From positions 44,578,001-44,642,000 of the forward strand of contig NC_088854.1 of the NCBI RefSeq assembly GCF_963853765.1: DNA of 64,000 nt, given 5' to 3'. The notes below the pieces were generated by a model. It was not told where the DNA came from. It saw only the letters and a program-made list of their open reading frames with translations, and made no database searches. Position numbers and translations under genes: made by a program. The DNA comes from Magallana gigas. Its lineage: Eukaryota. Shown here piece by piece: positions 1-9,800 of this stretch; within the stretch, counting starts at the first letter, position 1; every line of letters begins with the position of its first letter.

Positions 1-3000
1 GGGATTTTAAAGATTTTATTTCCCCTACATATTGATGGCAAGTTATCATTACGACATTATGCTGGTCGGCTTGTGAATATACTGGCTTTTATTGGCCAAT
101 TGACATCTATTGCTCTCTTGGTATATTATATATCTTGCTCTAATTCTAGTGTTTCTTTTATTTTAACGCCAATGGTAATTTTGTCCCCCTTCTTAATATC
201 AATGTCGTGGTGGGAAAACTTCGTTTTTAAGAGTAGCATAAAAAGATGTCAAAGTACAATTCAGTGGATGTTTAACTTAAAAAAGAACATGAAAAAAGAG
301 ATAGTGAGGGTTGGAATCATTACTAACATATGGAAATTAATACTGACCTTACTTATCATGCCTGCTCTTTTGTTTGGTACAAGCTGCAAAGACGGGGATG
401 CTTGTATAAGAACAGTTTTCTTTGAATCAAGCGGAAAAGCTGAAATAACTATTGTTTCCTCTAATCTCACATTTGAAGTTATACCCCAATATGAATGTTA
501 TTCATACCTTCCATTTGTAGTATCAGTAATCAACGTTGTTTCCAGTGCAGCTTGCTATAAGTGTGTCAAAGTAGCCAGCAAAATTTTAGCACAACAGTTG
601 TCCTATGCTCTACCTGTTATTATTTCTACCCCAGTTGTAATAGGATTATTTTTGGGGATTTACTCACAATTCATAACTCTAAAAGTAGAAAGAAATGCCG
701 AAACTTGTGTTATTCCTCTACCAGTTTGGTCAAACCAGGATTATGATTTATCAAGCATATTCAATAACATAGAAATTTGCTGGCCTGCTATTTTAGCTGG
801 ACTTTCAGGGTTCATCTCCTTTCTTATTATTTCTAACCATGTATGGTCCTCAGGCAAGGCAAGGTTAATCGCTACTCATCGGTAAGCCTTAGATTATTGG
901 TAAATTACTATATTTAGTGTCATATAAAGTGAGAATGGTGAAATTATATTGATGACAATTATCGCTCACAAATCTTATTTTTGGCAGTATTTTTTCCCGT
1001 GCATTGTATAGTGGTGTGTTTTTGGACCAATCTTTGTTGCTGAATCGAAGACGGGTTGAGGAAGAAAAAAAAAATTATAAAATTGTGAGTTTTATTCCTT
1101 AAAGTAGATCCAGTGTTCTGTGACGTCACACTTTTTTGTAAAACTTTGAATTCTTTAAAAATTGTGCAAGATAGTTTTATTTATTTTATGTGAATATAAT
1201 CACATGGATGTAATTAGAATTATTGGTAGGTTAAAGATATTTTTGCACTTAATTTTATACTAAATTTTCAAATTTTTATATATTTTATCTATGCAAAGGG
1301 GAAATAACTCTATTTCTGACTTTTCTCTCAGTTGTATGTCTAAATGCTATAGTTTTTCTTATTCCAACGATTAATTTTAAAATATTTTTGTAATTTTAGT
1401 TTTCTGATAAAGTTGACATTAAAATTAAACAAGAAAAACACATTTCTGCCTACAAGATTTTACTTTTAACAGAAAAAAATAAATTTTTCTAATGCTAAAA
1501 TATGCTTTAGTTTATGTTTATCTGGCATCTCAAAAAGTGTGATGACATGTATATTTTTTCTAACAATTGATGATATTTAAGTATATTAAGTCGAAATCAG
1601 TTCGGTTTTTCAACTTTCCTCAGAGAATTTTACGAGTATGGAGCTACCTTAAGGTCTAATCTCTTTCTGCTTTTGATTTTACCATACAATTTAAAAAAAA
1701 TCATATTGATTTTCATCAAAACCAATATATACCAATAGATTCGATTCGCTTTGATCCGCATCAATACTCGTATTAAAATAAAATTAAACCGCTCTTGTCC
1801 TTACGTTTTGAAGTATTTTATCACACACAAATGTTAAGCACACTTTGATATTTGTTTTGTTTCATTAATCAACCTCCAAATTAATGTACATAAACTTTTT
1901 CTTAGAGATTGCACAGTACTTCTCATGAAAAATTGAAGAATATAACGACACATCGCACTTTGGCATGTGCCTGCGTATAAACGTCAATTACGTGGTCATT
2001 TTTAAAATGATATTTTATCTTTCACACGAATGTTCAATAAAAAGAGAGGTAATAGAAACATTTTTTGAAATGGTCCCTACTAAAAATTCGATTTTCATGA
2101 TATTTTTTGATTTATTTCAATATATCTTCAGTAACTCTTACTGATTAAAAATTTTCATGAAAATAACTATGGTAGAAATGAATTGGATCCGTTGTCCTTA
2201 TGAGAGTTCAATGCCGTAAAAATATAAAAATACTTTGATAAACAATTTAGAATCAAATTCTTTCATTTTCAAATTATTTGGTCCAAGATTTTCTTATGTT
2301 AAAGCTATACACGCTATAATTTACGTCAATTTTGAATGACAGTGAAAACGCATGTGTTTGTCTACTTATAAAAGTTATCCTTAATCTGTAAATTACAAGG
2401 GTGAATTCCATCTCGTTACAAAGATATAGATTTTTAATTGTTTATTTTCCTGCCAGGAAAATATACCTTTTCATGAATATTGATGAAAGAAGAGCAAACC
2501 GACCTCATTGCGCATGTCCGCGGAGAACTAGGTGGTCGTTATTGTTTGCCTTATTAAATATCCAACTTGATTTTTAATATGCTTAACAGTTGTTAATTTG
2601 AAATACATACATGTAGAATGAGTAAAATACGTTTGTCATTCACAATACCCTTACTTCTGCATTAACACTTATAGGATCTATAAATAGCACATAGGGGAAA
2701 AACACAGGTCTACGTCATTTTTTTAAAGGTAGTATTCATATCTACTCACAGGCTTGTATTTTTTTCTTTTGTTTGTACTCGTATATCGGACAGATTTATG
2801 CTTTACTGAAAATATTCTTTCCTTTGTGAAACTTTCACAATTATGAAGATGTTGACCCTTCACCAGTTTTGGTATGATAGGCTAAATTTAGCTGTCGATA
2901 TCACGTGATAGATTGATATTCACGAGGAGGCATTACTTTCCTGGCAGGAAAATAAATATTTTTTATTGTTTAATATTTGATATATTTGTTACGTGATCGA

Positions 3001-6000
3001 ATTGAGCATTATAATTAACAGAATAAAGATAACTTTTATTAGTAATCAAACACATACATTTTCCCCTTTATTCAAAATTGACGCAAATTATAGCGTGTAT
3101 AGCTTTAATGCAGTTTGTTTAGACAAGTTTTCAGATTTAGGTTAATAAAACTGGAAATTATCAATTTTAATAAAAATGGCTTCAAAGTAAAACTGTTGGA
3201 TAATTTGGCCTAAAAATACTTTCTGATTTTGTCTTTTACACGTTAAACAAAACCTTTTAAATATGTTCCAAATATATCACAGACTAAAAGTGTGCACTTA
3301 TTAAAAATGTAATCAACAAAATTTTTGTAATATACTAGTATTATAATTCCTCTTTACCTTCAGCACTTAAAAAAACAATTCCAACAAATTACTTGTATAT
3401 TGAACATTGATTGATTTTCTTGCTTTAATATACATGTAGTGCTCAGATAAAACGTGGTTGTTATGTGCTGATTCAATTACAAAATCATTATCACTTGAGC
3501 AATTATAATGTGTGCACACTAAACATAAAGCAAGTGACCTTTTGATATTTGTAAGGTGATTAATATATGTTTAATAATGTTTAGGATACAGAAGTTACAT
3601 GAAAAGTGATGTGAATAAGAAATTGGCCTAAGTTTCGATAAACATGTTTAATTTATATATCGTGTACATTAAATCCTTACACAGAAAGATAAGAAGAAAC
3701 TTCAAATGCCTGATGAAAATGACGAGCAGAATAACAGCTGGTCAAAACTTAGGGAAGACGATACGCCTTTGATATACATGTGTGCAACAATGTGGCATGA
3801 ATCAGAGGTTGAAATGGTGCAGATACTCAAATCAATCTTCAGGTAGTCCATTTATCGTTAAGATTGAAACTATTGTTAAATGGTTGCTCATAACCACCAT
3901 TCAGTAACGGTATTTTCAATTTATTGCAGACAAGACTATGACCAATGTGCGAGAAAACATGTGCAGCTTGGCCTTGGGATAGAGGATCCTGATTATTACG
4001 AATTTGAAGGTAATGAAGTTATGACATGTCTTCTAATTGCCATATTTAAATCGAACATTATTGATGTACTTTTAAACTGGCAACTGGCAACATAGTAACC
4101 AACAAATTACCATTATCAAATAGAGCGTACATTTTCAGCTCATATTTTCTTTGATGACGCCTTTGAATCCCAAAAGGACATCAATGGAACATACAAAGTC
4201 AACAGCTATGTTAAACAACTTATTTCATCAGTTGAAACTGCAGCAAGGTAATAAATAGGATAATTGATTGTAATGGAAATTCTTTTGTATTCTTATTAGC
4301 TCTATTCATGTTTACACTTTAAAAGTTTAATATCCCTTTTACATTTTATCTAATTTGGATTTCAGAGTAAAGTGTACATTTTAAGTCGCTATAAAACGAA
4401 AAAGATATGAAGTCAGGACTTCTGGTTCTGGTTTTAACTAAGACAAAGGTTTTGAGATTTTAAGATTCTAACTCGTCGACTAATTACTGATTAATTGAAA
4501 TGTTGTGTTAACCAAAACAGATTATTTAAAAACCATAGTACCAATCGTAAATCTTATTATGCAATAAAAGTAGATGCTAAGAATATCTGAATATTGATGT
4601 AGATATAATCATCATAATAAATGTATTATTAAATTATTAGTAAGGGTTAACACAAACGCTGTTTCTGATCAAGATTTGTCGGTTGTCTGCCGTTGCAGTC
4701 GTTTTTGTAAACTTTTCACATTTCTTTTTTCTCCTTAAGAACCATCGGGCCGATTTTAACCAAAGTTGGCAAAAAGCATCATTGGATATTGGATGAAGGA
4801 AATTCATTTTTTTTCAAATGAAGGGATACATGGAGATTATTTATAATTATTGAAAATTTGTGGGTATTTTTCAAAAATCTTCAAATAAACCATTTCACAA
4901 GAGCTGAAACTTGGGTGGAAGTATCCCCGGCTAGTGTGCATTCAAATGGTCCCAGGTAAGGGGTCACAATGGGCGAATATAGTTTTACTTAGAAATATAC
5001 GAATCTTTAAAAATCTTCTTCTTAAAAACTGTTTTGGCCAGAAAAGCTGTAACTTGTATGAAAGCATCATGTGGTAGCGTAGATTCACTTTTAATCATGA
5101 TCACTGGGGTGGAGTGGGACCACAACTAATGGGGGTCAATTTTTTACATCAATGGAAATTACAAAGTCAACAGCTACGTTAAACAACTTATTTCATCAGT
5201 TGAAACTGCAGCAAGGTAATAAATAGGATAATTGATTGTAATGGAAATTCTTTTGTATTCTTATTAACTCTATTCATGTTTACACTTTAAAAGTTTAATA
5301 TCCCTTTTACATTTTATCTAATTTGGATTTCAGAGTCAAGTGTAAATTTAAAGTCGCTATAAAATGAAAAAAGATATGAAATCAGGACTTCTGGTTCTGG
5401 TTTTAACCAAGACAAAGGTTTTGAGATTTTAAGATTCTAACTCGTCGACTAATTACTGATTAATTGAAATGTTGTGTTAACCAAAACAGATTATTTAAAA
5501 ACCATAGTACCAATCGTAAATCTTATTATGCAATAAAAGTAGATGCTAAGAATATCTGAATATTGATGTAGATATAATCATCATAATAAATGTATTATTA
5601 AATTATTAGTTAAGGTTAACACAAACGCTGTTTCTGATCAAGATTTGTCGGTTGTCTGCCGTTGCAGTCGTTTTTGTAAACTTTTCACATTTCTTTTTTC
5701 TCCTCAAGAACCATCGGGCCGATTTTAACCAAAGTTGGCAAAAAGCATCATTGGATATTGGATGAAGGAAATTCATTTTTTTTTCAAATGAAGGAATACA
5801 AGGAGATTATTTATAATTATTGAAAATTTGTGGGTATTTTTCAAAAATCTTCAAATAAACCATTTCACCAGAGCTGAAACTTGGGTGGAAGTATCCCCGG
5901 GTAGTGTGCATTCAAATGGTCCCAGGTAAGGGGTCACAATGGGCGAATGTAGTTTTACTTAGGAATATACGAATCTTTAAAAATCTTCTTCTTAAAAACT

Positions 6001-6753
6001 GTTTTGGCCAGAAAAGCTGTAACTTGTATGAAAGCATCATGTGGTTGCGTAGATTCACTTTTAATCATGATCACTGGGGTGGAGTGGGACCACAACTAAT
6101 GGGGGTCAATTTTTTACATAGGAATATTTAGAGAAAATCTTTAACAATCTTCCTCTCAAACCCATAATAGAAAGGAAAGCATCCTCATGTAATGCAAATT
6201 CAAGTCTGATCAAATTATGATTCCCAGAGGTAAGGTTTAGTCACAATTGTGGGGGGGAAAGGGGTGGTGTTGGGTCAAATTTTTACCCAAGGAAGATAAA
6301 ATGAAAAGTCTTTGAAATCCTCTGGAAAAACATTCAACCAATAAAAGCTGAACCTTGTTTGTAAACACAGATTGTGCGGACTGAAAGTTGATCAAATCAT
6401 GATTTCCTGCGAGTAGGAGTGGAAGCACAAGGGGGAGGATAAAATTTCAAAGAAATAACTTCTTACAAATACTAAAACAACAAAAGGTGCCAAATATTAA
6501 CCATAAAAATATGTGGATAAATATCGGATGATTTTTTATGTGCAATATCTACTGTACTAAATTGTCAAAATATTTTGAATTTGATACTGTTTTGCTGATT
6601 TCATAAGCTATTGTTGCTCAGGTAAGCAATGTGACCGCATTTCTCCCCCCAACAATTCAGACTTTGATATGTATTAAACAAGATGTGGAAACCGTGTTGA
6701 ATTAAATGTTTGGTTCGTTGTTTGTCACCGTGACTCGGTTTATATGATGAGAA

Positions 6754-6829
<76 letters not shown>

Positions 6830-9800
6830 CAAACATTTTTAAACAAACCAAATAAGGATCCTGCCATGCAGAAAAAACATCTTTCAGCAATGCTAATTTA
6901 TATTACAATACTTTCATAATTTTGTATTGAACTTTATTTTCATCACAGACACGTCAAGTACACAATAAAAACAATTTTTTTGTTGGATTTGATCTAGATC
7001 TGTAGCAGGAATATCAAAAGCAATTGTTCGAACAAACACGCCTTATGGAGGTAGATTAGAATGGCGACTTCCGGGTGAAAACAAACTGATTGCCCATCTC
7101 AAAGACAAAACTAAAATCAGACATCGTAAAAGATGGAGTCAGGTAATAGCTTTACATAATATGCACGTTCAAATAATTTCCAAAAGTAGAGGTTACATTT
7201 ATAAACAAGTAACTTACATTTCAACAAAATATTATGCTCCAGCTTTAAAATTTTTAAAAGTGAAGTATTTATTCACTAGTATGGAGCATAAAAATATAAT
7301 AAGTAAATAAAATGGCATACATTGTGTTCCAAATTGATTGTAGGTTATGTATATGTATTATTTCTTGGCACACAAGCTGGCTAAAAAGAGAAAAGTTGCT
7401 GAAAACACATTTTTGCTTGCTTTGGACGGCGACGTCGATTTTCAGCCCAAAGCTGTCCAACTGTTGGTGGACAGGATGCGAAAGAACCCAAATCTCGGTG
7501 CCGCGTGTGGTCGAATCCATCCAATCGGAACGGGTAAATTTGGCATTTTACTGTTTTCAAGACGGTTCAAGATTTTTATATATGTCATATTATGTTTTTT
7601 TTATTTTACAAGGTCCAATGGTTTGGTACCAACAGTTTGAATATGCTGTGAGTCACTGGCTGCAGAAAGCAGCGGAAAACATAATGGGATGTGTGCTTTG
7701 TAGTCCGGGATGTTTTAGTTTGTTCAGAGGTTCTGCGCTTATGGATGACAACGTCATGGCCAAGTATACTACACTTCCAACTGAACCCCGTCATTATGTC
7801 CAGTACGACCAAGGTCTATACTTAAAAACATCAGCCGTTCGTTTTTATTATAACATTATTTTTGAAATTCCCATTTCTTATTTTGTGAAATATTTAAAGA
7901 AGCAATGGATATTTGTCGAATTTTGCAGGTGAAGATCGATGGCTTTGCACGTTACTGCTACAACAAGGCTACAAAGTCGAGTATGTGGCTGCCAGCGATG
8001 CCCTGACCTATGCTCCTGAAGGTTTCTATGAATTCTACAATCAGCGAAGGAGGTGGTCTCCATCAACCATGGCTAATATCATAGATCTCTTAATGGACTG
8101 GAGGAATGTTACCCAAAAAAACGAAGACATAACTAAGATTTACATCCTGTATCAAATGTTTTTGATGATTTGCTCCATTCTGACTCCGGGCACAATTTTT
8201 CTAATGATTCTTGGTGCAATAAGTATGGCTTTTCCGACTATTCCTCCATTCGCAGGGATGTTAGTCAATCTTATACCTGTGAGTGGAATGATTATATTGT
8301 GTTTCGTTGCCAAACCAAATATACAGGTAAAACTGCTGTAGTGCTATATTTTAGGATATATAATTTAAATTTCTATATGTTTATTTATTTGGATTCAATT
8401 TTACTCCAAATTTACAGTTAGCGTATGCTGCTGTTGTCTCCATTTTCTACTCTCTGCTTATGATGGTTGTTCTCGTGGGTATACTACTGGAAGCGGTTAC
8501 AGCCGGATTGTGTTCAGTCACAACACTGTTTCTTTTGTTTGTCGTCGGAGTTTTCTTCATTTCGGCAGTACTCCNNNNNNNNNNNNNNNNNNNNNNNNNN
8601 NNNNNNNNNNNNNNNNNNNNNNNNNNNNNNNNNNNNNNNNNNNNNNNNNNNNNNNNNNNNNNNNNNNNNNNNNNNNNNNNNNNNNNNNNNNNNNNNNNNN
8701 NNNNNNNNNATTGTGTTTTGCATGGGTTTCTGTATTTCCTTTCCATTCCATCGATGTCCATGCTGTTAATGATTTATTCCCTTGGAAACCTACACGTAAT
8801 ATCCTGGGGAACACGAGACACAAAAAAGACTGCGCCACAACTAGAAACCAATGATAGAATGCCTTCCAGATCTCCGAGTTTCTTAAAATCATTTGGTTTT
8901 AATGGTGATGAGGAATCTGAATATTTGTTTACGTGTGGAAAGTTTATAAGGTAATGTTCATTTATACTTAAGTTGTATTTTACGTTTCCAAATAAAAACA
9001 TTGACATAATAAATTGAAAGGATAAATACGCATATAAATAGTAAATAAGCTAACTGCATAACTGGTCACTAACTTCTGTTTAGTTTTTAAGAACAATTAT
9101 TTTTTTATGAACGTATAACTGATATATTGTGGGACATAATCTTTAATGCTAATATTGACTGTTTGCTTCTGTTAATTTTTTTAGATGTTGTCCTATAAGA
9201 CCGATAAGAATGATTCTAGAAAGACTCGATAACCTAGGAGCGCAGAGAATAAAAACAACAGTAGAATCTGAACCCAGTGAGATAAAACTGGACGAAAATG
9301 CTTATATCTCAACTCTAAATGTCCAAATTGATGACACCGCAGAGAAAAGTATGTTTAATAGTCAATGATATTGCAACTAGTCGTCAAAATCAGGTTTTTG
9401 TTTGTCAAATAAGATTATTAAATGTGCTACAGGTAATCCTTTATTCAAAGAAGACAACGAATTCGAACACGAACAAATGAGTTCTCAGTCATGGATGGAC
9501 GACAGCGATCTAAAACAGGGATCTGTTGCTGTACTGGACAATGATGAAACACTATTTTGGGAAGAATTTATTTCGAAGTACTTGAAGCCACTTTACACCG
9601 ATAAAGAACACGAAGAACAGGTACTTGGTTTGTTGACGATTTTGTTAGCTCACCTGAAAAAATATCTTTAAGAACTTTAACCGAAATGTCCGTCCATCTT
9701 GTACATATGTGAACCAAAAATGTTAACATTTTTAAATTGGCTTGTTAAAGAGGCTGAGTGGTGAACAAATTAACTATCAAATCTATTTAACTTTGAAATA

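Noticed and set aside
6702-6890. ORF with an IYIYIY run
   Set aside because: It is the translation of the (TA)n microsatellite.
8447-8892. Several ORFs spanning the N gap, including an apparent in-frame read-through of CHS paralog 1
   Set aside because: They are artefacts of translating Ns. Both gaps in the window are exactly 135 N, so the length may be a placeholder and says nothing about frame.
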